Part shown: one piece after another, positions 11,839 to 25,500 of the stretch
Layout: each line of letters begins with the position of its first letter
How positions within the stretch are numbered: the stretch's first letter is position 1
Assembly: GCF_004010195.1 (NCBI RefSeq)
Contig: NC_057759.1
Span: 4,347,758-4,397,156 of the forward strand
Origin: Chiloscyllium plagiosum
Taxonomy: Eukaryota
Direction of reading: 5' to 3'
DNA length: 49,399 nucleotides
Notes under the pieces: generated by a model
Seen by the model: the letters and a program-made list of their open reading frames with translations, nothing else
Databases searched by the model: none
What the model was told of the DNA's origin: nothing
Position numbers and translations under genes: made by a program

Positions 11839-12574
11839 ACTGTTTCTTTAGGAGTTGTTTGTTTTAGTTTGCATGTGATTCTTGACAAGGCATTCGAACT
11901 TCTTGTGCTATGTGTTTTTGTGTTAATAAGTGCTTTGCAAATTATTTGGGAGTGGGGTGGAGAGAGCAAATCAAGCGCCAGTGAGTCATTTTCCTCTTGC
12001 TCGTTCACCCTGGTAGACAAATGCCCACATCTTTCCGTCCCACGATTGACGCATTTTACTTTGATTTACTTTACATTTCCAATGTGCGGGTTTGATCCGA
12101 TTTTTCGGAATGCAAAATAAAGCTTCCTGCTCTCGGTGAGAGACTTTAAAAGCGAACCGAGAGAACACCAACACAGCTACCGGACTGAAACGTGGAGCAT
12201 TTGCTGAATCTGATCGAGAGCGATAAGGGAGGACAGCTTTAAAATATCGTCTTAAAAAACGTGTTTGCTGAGCCATAAGAATGCTGTGTGCTGCTTTATC
12301 GTCATTTCGGGGTGGTATTGAAATGTGAAAAGAAAAACCAGGTTGCAGACTGCAGTGTTTGGTCCGTTTTGTTTCAGCCTCTTCTCAAAGTTTAGAAAAT
12401 AACCCACTCTCAAGATCAGAAATGGACAGATAACAGTTCGAAAAATGAGGGAGAGTAAGACAGTGTGAAGTACACATTTGTAAACTAAAAGTAAATTAAC
12501 ATGAGTATTAATGTTTTTTGAACTTCCTCCGTTTTTGTACTTCATTATTCAGGTAAAACATACTCCTTTGTTTG

Positions 12575-13202
<628 letters not shown>

Positions 13203-13228
13203 AGAGACCATTCTTGAATCTGACAACC

Positions 13229-13275
13229 CAAAGGCTCTTTTCAGAGCCACTGACAGCATCTGTGAAAGGAGCTAA
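13229..13275 (+). terminator. Histone 3' stem-loop (13233-13248) and HDE
   Basis: aaaGGCTCTTTTCAGAGCCac...gaaaggagct. Confidence 0.92.
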
Positions 13276-14719
13276 TCTTTCTGTCGGATTGATTATTTTC
13301 ATTTTAGTGTGGCGAGCCCTCGCCTCATAATAAGCCAGTCATAAATAAATTTCGCGCTCCGTTTAATTGGATGCTGTTATTTGCTATGATTTGTCATAAA
13401 ATGCGATTGCAAGAGTGTCCTGACCTACAAGATTTCGTATTGAACGGTCACTGCCTGAGTGATCTCTGTCTTTACTAGGAGTTTAGAATGGCGGCACGAA
13501 CGTCCGCGATCGGGTTTGACCTCAAATTAGATTCACATTTCCTTTAAGTGCAGTAGGAAGAACTGGTTTGACCCAATGCAGTAAGGAACGGTCCCTGACC
13601 CTCTGCGTTTTATTCTCGACTCGGTTCATATCCAATATTCTGTCCCCTGTCTCTGGAGAGACAGCAGATTGATCACCATTGAGACATTTTTTTCAGCTGT
13701 AAAGGCGGGAATGGGGTAAAGTGAGATTGTCTGATCTTTAATTGCTTTTTTCGGTTATGAAATCAACGTGTACGTACTGTAAAACTTGCTGCTCTTTTAT
13801 ACGTGATGGCGGGCATTTTCAAATTTGAAAGTAAGCCGGCGCCATTTTTTCCCTTTCTCTCCTGCCTCCACCTCCCCACTAGCCATGTTAACGCAAAGGC
13901 AGTCAATGAGATGGGTTTTTTTCCACAAATATCTAACCCAATACCAAAATTTGATGTTAAAATCACACTTATTACTATATTTTTTCATAGATTCCGCAAT
14001 CCCTGAATGAATATCTCATTAGTTGCAAAATTCACTACCGCTGCCGGCCGTTTTGTTTTTAAGTAACTTCCGACAGAAATACTAATGTCCCCTATTGCTT
14101 CCTACTCTCTCAGGATGAGCAAGCGAACTTGTGCCCGCCGATTGAAACATCTTCAAAGGTAACATGGTGTACACCGATAAAATTACAAAACCACATTTTA
14201 TCAGTATATTCCTACCACATCCAGAGCATTATTTGCCCGAAGACAATTTGTAATCGCTGCCTGAACGGGCAGATGGAAAGAACGCGCCATTACGACATCC
14301 ATAGGCTCCCAGAAACAAAACTGAGCCAAATACTATGCTTCGGAAATATAAATATTACAATACGCAACATTAATGTCTGGATTCCAAAATAAATAAAAGC
14401 AAATTCATGGCATGGACACCAAGTACACATTGATATTATTACTGAGATAGACAGGTATTCACGAGAAAAGAGGAACGAAGGTTACGGGGAGCAGGCGCAA
14501 GAACAAGTTTGAGAACTATCAGCCATTGTAGAACAAACTGGATGGGTAAAGTGGCGTGATGCTGCTGCTATATCTTACAACTACAAGTCACGATGCGATA
14601 CAGAGTCCACCCACTTGCAGAACACGGTATTAGCACATTTTCAGGATTGAAATAATTTTATAATCGCTATATGTTAAATCACCGTCAACAGTACGCTATC
14701 CCCTCCCCGTCCTCAGGTC

Positions 14720-14766
14720 TCCGCTCTCTATCCGAGGGTTTGGGTGGCTCTGAAAAGAGCCTTTGG
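14720..14766 (-). terminator. Histone 3' stem-loop of H4 (14746-14761), ACCCA and HDE
   Basis: Minus strand ccaaaGGCTCTTTTCAGAGCCaccca...atagagagc. Confidence 0.92.
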
Positions 14767-14793
14767 ATTCGCTGAAAAAGAGTCGCTTTACCC

Positions 14794-15105
<312 letters not shown>

Positions 15106-15284
15106 TCACTCCAACCGCTGCCGAATGAGAGCAGAGCTGTCTCCGCTTCCTTTTTTTATAAAGCCCGGTACGACCTGGCAGAGAGTAAGAGACGGGTCCA
15201 GAGAGGAAACTGAGTGACAGACAGAGCAGGGAAATGTCTTTGGCCATCCAATTCCGCCTCCAGCAACTGTATCTGGGACTAAAC

Positions 15285-15605
15285 CTTTTCTCCCCGAAGC
15301 TGACTGTTCCTGAGCAGAGTAGCGCATGCGTGAGGCCCTCCCCCAACGTTGCCATTCAGTGAGTGCAAGAGGTTTGTTTGGAATACCAGGCTCCTTCCGA
15401 CGTGGACGGGGACTGATTCGGGGTGAGTTCAGGGAGAACCGGGGGCTGTTTGTAAGAGGCCGAGCGAAGCAGGAACTGGTCCCGGAACTTGGAGTGAGCG
15501 GGCTGGGGGGAAGAGAAAACCTTTCTCGGGCTGTGTGTGGGCCTGCTGAGGGAGGCAGAGCGGGAAGAAGCTGTTGTGGGACATTCTTGTGGTTTACAAT
15601 CCTCT
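15285..15605 (+). promoter_or_regulatory. GC-rich promoter/first-exon block, copy 1 (back-to-back with H4)
   Basis: NRF1-like GCGCATGCGT (15322-15331), splice donor ca|GTGAGT (15359); highly similar inverted copy at 39765-40175. Confidence 0.55.
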
Positions 15606-15954
15606 GAACCTGTTGAAATTTCTTTCTGTTTCCCACTGTTTGTTGAAATTGTGCAACCAATAGCGGAATCGGAGACCGACTGTAGGAATGTGAGACTCCT
15701 GTTAAAATACATACACAGGGGTCTTAGTAAAAACATTAGATATAGCGCCGTTTTTCATCTCTCCAACCGTCAGTGTACTGGGAGTTGGACCTCTCAGCAT
15801 TCTGGTGGTGAGTAGTCCTATTCATGGAGCTGTGCACTTGTTGCTTAGTTTCTAGATTTCACTCAATTCGTATCGAATCATATGAAAAACAAATACAATC
15901 CACCGACAAGGAGCAGCTCATAGCAACAATGGAATCAGACCCGTGGTTGTATTT

Positions 15955-16912
15955 AAGTATTTTCTCTCCCTTCTGCATTTAATCATAATTCAAACGGTTT
16001 CATTTCTGTTGCCATTTCCTTGTCTTTTGCCTCTAACTCAAGTTACTTCACTTTCCATTGAATTTTAGCCAATCTGAAGATTCTGACGGTGTTTCCAACA
16101 AATTTAAATGCTGAGCTATTGCTGTAATTATCTCTCCTTTCCTCATGGAAGGACACAACCTTAATTCCAGGCGTCTGCTATTTCCAGCACATTTGCAAAA
16201 GCCCCCAAATCACTACTTCCACTCCCAGAAAACTCTTGATGACTGAAAAAGCCATTGCTATCCCAAGCAATGTTTAAACCAACTGAATTCAAAATTCGGA
16301 ACAAAAGACACGGACACCGACCACTCGCTGGTACGGATCAGGCCAGACCCCCTCAAAACATTTCAAGAAAGTAGCCCGGACCCTAACTTTGCCAGTTGGT
16401 TTAAGCGGGTGTAACTGCGCTGTTCCAGGAGTGATGCAGCTGGTCAAACCACGTGGTTTTAAACAAAGCAGAATTGATTTACAAGATTGCCGAATGAAAC
16501 AAACAAAAGAGAACATAATACTAAATAACGTAACCTATCCGAAAACCCGACGGATTGTACCAACTTAACTATGTTGTTCCCAATACTTGCAACAATCCCC
16601 ACAAACACCCTTTGGCACAAAAAGGTAAAATCAAACACAGGGTCTTACAGGAGAGATGTCAATGAGAGAGTACCAGCATCGATCGGCTTCTTTGGGTTCA
16701 GCAGCTTTTTCAACTGCCTGACTACTTTCAGTCCATAGCCAGACAGTTAAAAACCAAATCAAACCAGAGATAAACTGAGCTGGGAAAACTGGGCCACTCC
16801 CCTTTCATTGTGCAAGTGTATTTTTTAATGCTTGAGGCATTATCTGTTAGCTATAATCAAAATGGACCTAAAACCCCTAAATTCAGACAGTTCGGAATCT
16901 GTGTCTTTTACA
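15955..16912 (-). mobile_element. Gypsy-type LTR retrotransposon remnant: LTR (~16329-16912) and decayed gag N-terminus (ATG at 16255)
   Basis: Minus-strand LTR TGTAAAAG...CCGTACCA, followed by MAFSVIKSFLGVEV..SMRKGEIITAIAQHLNL..LELEAKDKEM, a coiled-coil gag start resembling vertebrate Gmr1-like elements. Confidence 0.6.
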
Positions 16913-16929
16913 GGCTTGTTAAAGGAGCA

Positions 16930-18450
16930 GCAGCATCACAGCAGACTGGTTCAAAAGGTAAAAACCATAAGATACAGGGTAATGGTTGATGGCTGCTCAT
17001 GTGAATGGAAAGCTGTTACAAGTGGTGCTCTGCATGGCTCAGTGTTGGGACCTCTGCTGTTTGTTTTATACATGAAGGATTTGGATTTGACTGTGGTGGA
17101 CAAGTTTGTGAAAAATTGGCCATGTTGTGGATAGTGTAGAGGATAGCTGTAAGCTCCATAACTATCATAGATCATTTGGAGGAGTGGGCAGAAATGCAGC
17201 GGATGGAGTTCAGCTTTGATAAGTTTGAGGGAATGCATTTTGGGAAGTCAAACAGTAAATGGGAATATAGCGAGAGTTCTTGGTGTGCAAGTACACCGGT
17301 CCCTAAAGATAGATGGGGTTGTAAAGAAGGCATGTGGAATGCTCTTCTTCATGGGCAGGATGGAATACAAAAGTAGAGATATAACAATGAAATCGTATAA
17401 GGCACTGGTGAGGCTACAACTGGAATATTGTGTGCAGTCGGGTCCCCACACCACTGGAAGGACATCATTGCTCTGGAGAGAGTGTTGAGGAGATTTACTA
17501 GAATGTTGCCAGGGCTGGCGAATTGTAGCTATCGGGAGAGATTGGAGAGGTTGGGGTTATATTCCTTGGAACAGAGGTGACATGATTAAGGAATATTAAA
17601 TCGTAAATACTAAGTAGTGAGCTACTAATGAAGGAGCTGACGCCAAAAGCTAGTACTTCCAAATAAACCTGTTGAACTATAATCTGGTGTTGTGTGATTT
17701 TTCATTAAATAGTGAGGGGGAGAGATTAGAGGAACCTGTTTCCTTTGGCAGAGATTTCAAACACCAGGGATCATTTATTCAAACCAAGCGGCTGTAGAAT
17801 TAGATAATATGAGAGGAAAAATGTGTTTTATGCAGAGAGTGGTGGGTATCTGGAATTCGCTGCCTGATTTGGTGGTCATGATTCTAAAAGATGAAAGACT
17901 TAACAAACAATTTAGAGGAACCTGTTTCCTTTGGCAGAGATTTCAAACACCAGGGATCATTTATTCAAACCAAGCGGCTGTAGAATTAGATAATATGTGA
18001 GGAAAAATGTGTTTTATGCAGAGAGTGGTGGGCATCTGGAATTCGCTGCCTGATTTGGTGGTCATGATTCTAAAAGATGAAAGACTTAACAAAAAATTTA
18101 GGTCTTTTTCAATATATAATTTCAGTTACATCACACTGGAAACTTTTGCTATAAATTCTGTGTTTTACAATCTTACTCTCCACAATCACCTGATGAAGGA
18201 GCAGTGCTCCAAAAGCTAGTACCTCCAAATAAACCTTTTGGACTATAACCTGGTGTTGAGTGATTTTTAACTTTGATTTGGTGGTGCATAGAGACCCTAA
18301 ACTCTTTTAAACAAAAATCCATGGAACTGCACCTCCAGTTCTGTAAACTGCAAGGCTATGGGCTGTGGCAGGAAGGTAGGATGAGAAAGGGCATCTTTGG
18401 GTTGGCATGGACAAGATGGGCTGAAAAGACCCCTCTGTGCTGTATTATTT
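16930..18450 (+). mobile_element. Decayed CR1-type LINE with nested Penelope-like tails (~17625-17705, ~18067-18274)
   Basis: VTSGALHGSVLGPLLFVLYMKDLD and YKALVRLQLEYCVQ; gatttggtggt flanks both sides of the 18.1-kb insert as a TSD-like repeat. Confidence 0.8.
17726..18097 (+). repeat. Near-perfect 186-bp tandem duplication
   Basis: ttagaggaacctgtttcc... begins at 17726 and again at 17912. Confidence 0.9.
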
Positions 18451-18856
18451 TTATGATTCGATAGTTATCAATTGGACCCTGCCAGTCTCTGCTGTGTGAA
18501 TATGTAAACATACTGACCATATAATTAATGTTACAGTTTAATAACTGCACTCTCACATTCGCCAAGCCGGAACTGACAGGTATAAATTAATAACTGAACT
18601 CACATACCCACTTGCATCTGGTAATCTCATTCACGGAGCTGTGTCGATGTTTTTTAGTTTCTGGATCTCACTCAATTTTAAGAAAAAACGGACAAGGAGC
18701 AGCTCAGGGCAGGAGTGGAATAAGACCCGTGGTTCTGTTTAATTTGCTGGCTTTAAATAAAAAAAATCATAATGATCATTAACTGAATGTTACATTGATG
18801 TTGCCAACCACAGCTGATGTTGATTTACAGGAGGTATCTCTTCTGTCTTCCTCCAG

Positions 18857-18938
18857 GCAAGTACTCAAAGGACCAAAACAATGTAATATTCCCTCGGTAC
18901 AGAGCCAAGTGTGACCAGCTGCTTTGAACAAACAGCAG
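18857..18938 (+). other. Putative non-coding exon, copy A, of a locally repeated module (module ~18620-19050)
   Basis: Acceptor tctcttctgtcttcctccag, donor CAG|gtatgt; stops in all three frames; inverted paralogues at 32592-32655 and 39270-39351. Confidence 0.5.
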
Positions 18939-19124
18939 GTATGTTACTGCTGTCAGAGCGAAGAACATCCTTTCCACAGTCACAGTGGATTGAATCAGAG
19001 ACACATTGAGCTCCATTTCCAGATATGTTCAAAGTCAAACACCACCAATGAAATGGAAGTTTCTATCTATTTAATCTATATTCTAAATGCATTCTACGCA
19101 GTTCCAATCAACTTGCATTAAATC

Positions 19125-20890
19125 TGAACATAGAATGATACAGCACAGGAATGAGTCCTTCAGCCCACGATGTTGTGCGGAACATGCCGCCAAATGAAAT
19201 TAATTCCTCCTGCTTGCCCTTGGTCCATAACCCTCCATTTCTTGCATTTTCATTTGCTTACCTAAAAGTCTTTTCAATGCCCTTATCATATCTGCCTCTA
19301 TCTCTGCCTCTGGCAGTGTGTTCCACTCCTACCACTCTCTTTGTTTAAAAGAAACTGCTCCATATGTCTCCTTTGAGCTCTCCCCGCTCACCTTATACAC
19401 ATGTCTCTTAGTATTAGACATTTCAACTCTTGGAAAAAGATTCTGAATATCACCTTAACCATGCATCTCAATTTTAGAGACTTCTGTATATAGATTTGCT
19501 CGCTGAGCCGTAGTTTTCATTTTCAGACAGTTCATCACCATACTAGGTAGCATCATCAGTGAGCCTCCAGTTGAAGCACTGATGGTATGGCCCACTTTCT
19601 ATTTGTGTTGCCTTGGGAAGGTGACATTATTTCCTGTGGTGATGTTGAGTCATATAGATGTACAGCACGGAAACGGACTCTGCAGTCGAACTCGTCCATG
19701 CCGACCAGATATCCCAACCCAATCTAATCCCACCTGCCAGCGCCTGGTCCATATCCCTCCAAACCCTTCATTTTCATCTACCTATCCAGATGCCTTTTAA
19801 ATGCTGCAATTGTACTAGCCTCCACCACTTCCTCAGGCAGCGAATTCCATACACGTACTACCCTCTGGGTGGAAAAGTTGCCCCTTAAGTCTTTTTTATA
19901 TCTTTCCCCTCTCATCCTAAAACTATACCCTATAGTTCTGGACTCCCCCATACCAGGGAAAAGACTTTGTCTATTTATCTTATCCATGCCTCTCATGATT
20001 TTATAAAAATCTATAAGGTCACCTCTTAGCCTCCGATGCTCCAGGAAAAACAGCCCTAGCCTATTCAACCTCTTCCTAAAGCTCAAATCCTCCAACCCTG
20101 GCAACATCCTTGTAAATCATTTCTGAACCCTTTCAAGTTTCACAACATCTTTTGGATAGGAAGGACACCAGAATTGCATGCAATATTCCAACAGTGGCCT
20201 AACCAATGTCCTGTACAGCCACAACATGATCTCCCAACTCCTGTACTCAATACTCTGACCAATAAAGGAAAGCATACCAAATGCTTTCATTATCCGATCT
20301 GCCTGCACCCCAAGGTCTCTTTGTTCAGCAAACTGCCCTCGGACCTTACCATTAACTGTATAAGTCCTGCTAAGATTTGCTTTCCCAAAATGCAGCACCT
20401 CACATTTATCTGAATTAAATTCCACCTGCCAATTCTCAGCCCTTTAGCCCATCTGATCAAGATCCCATTGTAATCTGAAGTAACCTTCTTCGCTGTTGAT
20501 GTCCTCCTATGTTGATGTCATCAGTAAATTTATTATCCATACCTCTTATCCTCACATCCAAATAATTTATATACATGACGAAAAGTAGTAGACCCAGCAC
20601 CGATCCTTGTGGCACTCCACTGGTCACAGACCTTCAAGGCTGAAAAACAACCCTTCACCACCACCTACCTTTGTGCCAGTTCTGTATTCAGTGAGATCTA
20701 ACCTTGCTCACCAGTCTCCCATGGGGAACCTTGTCGAATGCCTTACTGAAGTCCATATAGATCACATCTACCGCTCTGCCCTCATCAATCCACTTTGTTG
20801 CTTCTTCAAAAACAATCAAGTTTGTGATACATGATTTCACACGCACAAAGCCATGTTGACTATCCCTAATCAGTCCTTGCCTTCCCAAAA
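19125..20890 (-). mobile_element. CR1-type LINE copies (3' ends at ~19125 and ~19648) with a short Penelope-like fragment at ~19490-19645
   Basis: DVIYMDFSKAFDKVPH, LVRPLLEYCMQFW, RLRGDLIDFYKIM, FSTQRVVRVWNSLP. Confidence 0.9.
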
Positions 20891-21530
20891 ACAGATCCAC
20901 TCTCAAAAACAAGACATTGAGAGCTAAGCTCTGTTGATCCTCCAATGTCCACAAAAATAATTGAAAATTTAATTATTCTCCATAATCTTCTTCAGATGTA
21001 TCCACACTCATTAATGCATAAAGTACGCTTGGTACCACTCCACTCAGTGCTGTCTCCAAAATTCAAGCTGAATTCTATCCATATCATTAGGTGTCCCTAA
21101 CAATGAAAAAGGACTACTGCCTGACCTAAGCAGGCACTGCTGTCACCCAGCATTCCAACCTTTGGAAAATAGGGACAGCCAAACATATCAATGAATAGGG
21201 TGGTATATCAATCATTATTTCTTTTTGTAGCATCACTGCCCCATTTCATGGAGTTGGCAAGCTCCATAATGTCACAGCTTTGTGATACAATGACGAGGAC
21301 AAGTGAATGAGACAAATCACCTATGTAGTTATTCTCCTCTTGCAATTTTTGATTTGCTGAAAATTCAAAGCCTAAAATTAGCTTTCAGAATATGACAAGT
21401 AAGATTCCAAAATGTATAGTAAGGAACAGGCTTTAAAGTTGGACAAGCATAAATTAATAAATTGGTTAAATGAGGTTAAAATGAAAATAGAGGCAAGGAG
21501 ATCAACTACTGAAGGGAAGAGAATGATGCA

Positions 21531-21782
21531 ATAAGAAGGATAAAGCAGCAGAGAACAGTTTTTAAAATGTTTTAGTCACTTGTTGGGTTTCCACCCTGAA
21601 TTAAAGATAATAATTATTTTATTTATTATTATAAATATTTACTTAATTATATATTAAATAAGAAGGATAAAGCAGCAGAGTACAGTTTTTAAAATGTTTT
21701 AGTCACTTGTTGGGTTTCCACCCTGAATTAAAGATAATTATTTTATTTATTATTATAAATATTTACTTAATTATATATTATT
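21531..21782 (+). repeat. ~127-bp AT-rich tandem duplication
   Basis: ataagaaggataaagcagcagag... at 21531 and 21658. Confidence 0.85.
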
Positions 21783-22224
21783 TATATTATTAATATTTAT
21801 AATAAATCAATTGTTAGCCTGAATCAATATTAATTGGCAGGATACCTTCACACATTCTCAGTGACCTGTCATATTGATTCATGGCTAATTTAAAACATGA
21901 CTGCATTCATTCATTGTTAATTAAAGAATGAAAGCTACATTACTGGCCAGTTGAAGAAAGGTTGCATATGATTGGGGGATAGGGATAGATATATATATGG
22001 TAGATGAAACTCCCAAAACTTGGGGAGGTGATTGTGAATGGTTTTACATATATGTATATTTAATAAAAAATAACATGAGAAGACAATGTAAGACCACCAA
22101 GGTTGAGGAATATATAAATAAGGTTAAAGCAACAAAACTGTAAAATAAAAAAAACTTTCCGAGTAGAATCTGTGTCTGGCATACCAACCCTTTGAGAATT
22201 GGGATTTTGTTCCTGTATACATGC

Positions 22225-22525
22225 TGAGCCCTGTGGCTATGTGGTTGGCATTGCTGCCTCGTGGTGCCAGGGTCCCAGGTTTAATGCCAGCCTTGGATGG
22301 CTGTCTGTGTGGAATTTGCACATTCTCAGTGTCTGTGTGGGTTTCCTCCGGGTGCTCCGGTTTTTTCCCCACAGTCCAAAGATGGGAATGTCAGGTGAAT
22401 TGGGCATGCTAAATTGCCCGTTGTGTTAGGTGCATTAGTCAGAGGGAAATGGGTTTAGGTGGTTTAATCTTCATAAGATTGGTGTGGACTTGTTGGGCCT
22501 GTTTCCACACTCTAGGAAATTGAAT
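22225..22525 (+). mobile_element. HE1-like SINE (diverged)
   Basis: V-SINE core gggtttcctccgggtgctccgg and tail gggcctgtttccacactc. Confidence 0.85.
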
Positions 22526-22529
22526 CATC

Positions 22530-25500
22530 TCCTGATTGTCCCCAGCCTTAATTTAAAGCATTCACTTGTTGAAACTTTTCCTTCTTTGGAAAATGAAGCA
22601 TTCAGTCTTCATAGTCGATATCATGGGGATGAGTGACCTTGTGCCATCCTAAACCAGGGACTAGAGTAATGTTAATGAAGCATGCCCCTGACTGCAAGAC
22701 CAAACAGCCAAATTTGCTAAGTATGTCCAAGTGTGAAACGGATGCAAATGCAGTAAAATTCTAGGAGTAGCCTGAATACTTTCAGGCTTGTGTTACAAGT
22801 CTGAAAGATGTGCCTATCTGTCTGATAGAAGTGACAAACAATTGAACAATAATGAAGAAGCTCAATTACCTTTATTTAACCCTGTGCTTTTGCAACGTTT
22901 TCTGGCTGGAGTCACTGACATGATCCAGACCAACAGTACAAACCAGTCCAGGAATTTCCAGTCGCAAATGAGGTGGGATTTGGGATGGCCAGAACCAGAC
23001 TGAACCATGATGCAAGTTACAGGTAAAACAAATTATATCCATCATCCTTGCGATCCCAAATGCCATACGCCAGCCCTGATAGGGTTGATTGGAACCAGGA
23101 TACCCACTGGGGGCGGAACGTACCTCATGTACCTTCCCGATGACAACTGCTGGACAACGCTTTCCCGAGGGGATCCTAAAAATGGGGGAAGGCAGGCCCC
23201 AACATTTAACCTTCGTGACTGGCAACAAGACATCAAAAAAGAAACCCAGGAGCAAATGCCTGGCCCTTGCTTTAACTGTTGAAATGTGGAGTAATGTGTC
23301 TTTAATGTTACCTCGGAGCTGACATTGGGAATCGACAGGCTTTCATCCTATCAAAAGGAAAATCTACTAATATACACTGACTCTTCATTGATTTTAATAC
23401 GATCCACGATTTTGGAGCCTTGTGGGAACATTGAAGATTTTTAACTCTAAGGGAGGTGGGGGGGGGGGGGGGGGGGGGGTAGTGTTATAGTAATGATATT
23501 TTGTCCAATCAATCTGACATTTATCAAGATATCTGGCTCATGCTGATGAAAATGATACTGTTTATAAAGTGATGGGCAAGTATATGCAGCTGCCAAACAG
23601 TTAGCCTTACAACTCAAACTTCTGATCCCATAGGGTCCCTAGCAAAACCCGTTTCGGCACAGTATGCCAGACCTGGGTAAGGTGCAAAAATCACGGGGGA
23701 ATGATACTGTCTGTTCAGTGCCAATTCACAATGTAGAGGTTGATTTCTCTATTGCTTACTGACTGTAATCATACAGGTTTAGTGTTTGGATTGTTTTCAA
23801 TATTGTTTTGAAATTTGGAAGTAATTTGCAAATTTCCATTTCTGAAATATCTACAGGCACTTTATACTACGATATACTGAATTATCAAGTGATTTGATCT
23901 CATACATGGACGCTAAGCCTAAATATCTTTGCTTTGTGTATGGAGCTTATAAGAATACACACTGGTTGATTTGATTTACTTTTGGATTGGGCTGTCAGAT
24001 ATAAGAAGGTGTGTCTGGTTGAGCTATTATCTTCACTTAGATATTTAATACTGAACAGTGATAGTTTATAATTTTAGGACTATACCAATACTTATATTGT
24101 AGGGTTACCTCACTACTAGAAAAATTTCAATGTGGTTTGAAAGCTGTGTGTAATGTTACCATAATTTGGGGACAGCATTGCCCTCCAGCGAATATTTATT
24201 ACTGACTTTTCTCAAAATCATCAGATTTCTACATTTAATTCTAGTTACTGCTAACTAAAGCTGTAGATCAGGCCATTTAATTGGGCACAATGTTAATGTT
24301 TTTTTAAAAAACAAAGAATATATATTGCAGAACTAATCTAAATTTTAGATAATATAGATTTTTTTAAATAGCAAAACATCAAACAGCATTACATCCCAGC
24401 AAAGCTGGATTTATAAAAATAGGTTTGCTTAATTCGCCCATGCCCGGGCTTTTCCATATAAAATATGAAAATAATGGGAAGGAAGGGAATGCTAGTGCAT
24501 AATTTAAAATGAACAAACTTTTTGCCAGTATGGGCAATATATTTACTCCAGCGGGCCATTTGAGTTTGATTAATTTGAGAATTATTTATTACAAAATTGC
24601 TCTTAGGGCTTCTAGCCTACTGAAGAGCACAAATTAAAGCCTCAAATAAGGTACTCCCGCAATACTCAAACCAGAATATGGGTAACCTCTATCAGATTAG
24701 TTTGTGTTACTTCTGTGCTGCTGCCTATTTTAATTGAATATATGTATATTGTATATACTTATATACAAAGGAGGAAATAGTTTATACTTTATTACAATGG
24801 ACACTTCGTGGTCTCCAACCTTGCAAAGGGGGAGATGATAAAGATCGAACTTGACCTGCTGCTGGACTTGCCTTTGCCAGCATTGGTGCACAAGAAGGGA
24901 CAGTTTACCTGTGCGATCCTGAGCAAACAGTGACTGTGTATCAACTATGTCAGGAAGGTGTCCTTGTGTGCCAAAAGACTGAATGTTGCCAAGAAAGACT
25001 TTTGCAGTCGTCAACCGCATTTAGAACAAGTCTAAATGGTCTTTACCATGTAAAACTGTTGTGTGCCAGTTTGATTACATTTGTACTATGGGCATCCCTG
25101 ATAAGCCTGATGTCCTTTCAGATAGATCATGTAGTAAAAGAGACAAGGGGGGGGGAAATGTTTCTAGAAACCCATAATAAAAGTTTTGGAAAGGATGAAG
25201 TAATTTGTTATGTCCTTACTTCAGTAAGAGACTCCCTGACCCCTTTTTATCCTTCCAAATCCTAACATGGGGGTATGGAATAGTAATAAGGTAATATCTC
25301 TTTTAGTTATTACCTATCCCCACCAGCTACTTGTTTATGGACTTCCTTGAATAAATCCGCAATATCCTATCCAAATTACTACAAGGGTAAGGAATGGGGG
25401 TGCGCTTATTTTAGATTTTTAGATTACTTACAGTGTGGAAACAGGCCCTTCGGCCCAACAAGTCCACACTGACCCACCAAAGCGCAACCCACCCAGACCC

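Noticed and set aside
15106..15660. Paralogous ORFs in the GC-rich block (also 39703-40109)
   Set aside because: Similarity is at DNA level on both strands, with indels and no domain-like content; better explained as promoter and intron sequence.
23453..23480. Poly-G tract as a functional G-quadruplex
   Set aside because: Simple homopolymer inside decayed ERV pol; its length is unreliable in assemblies.
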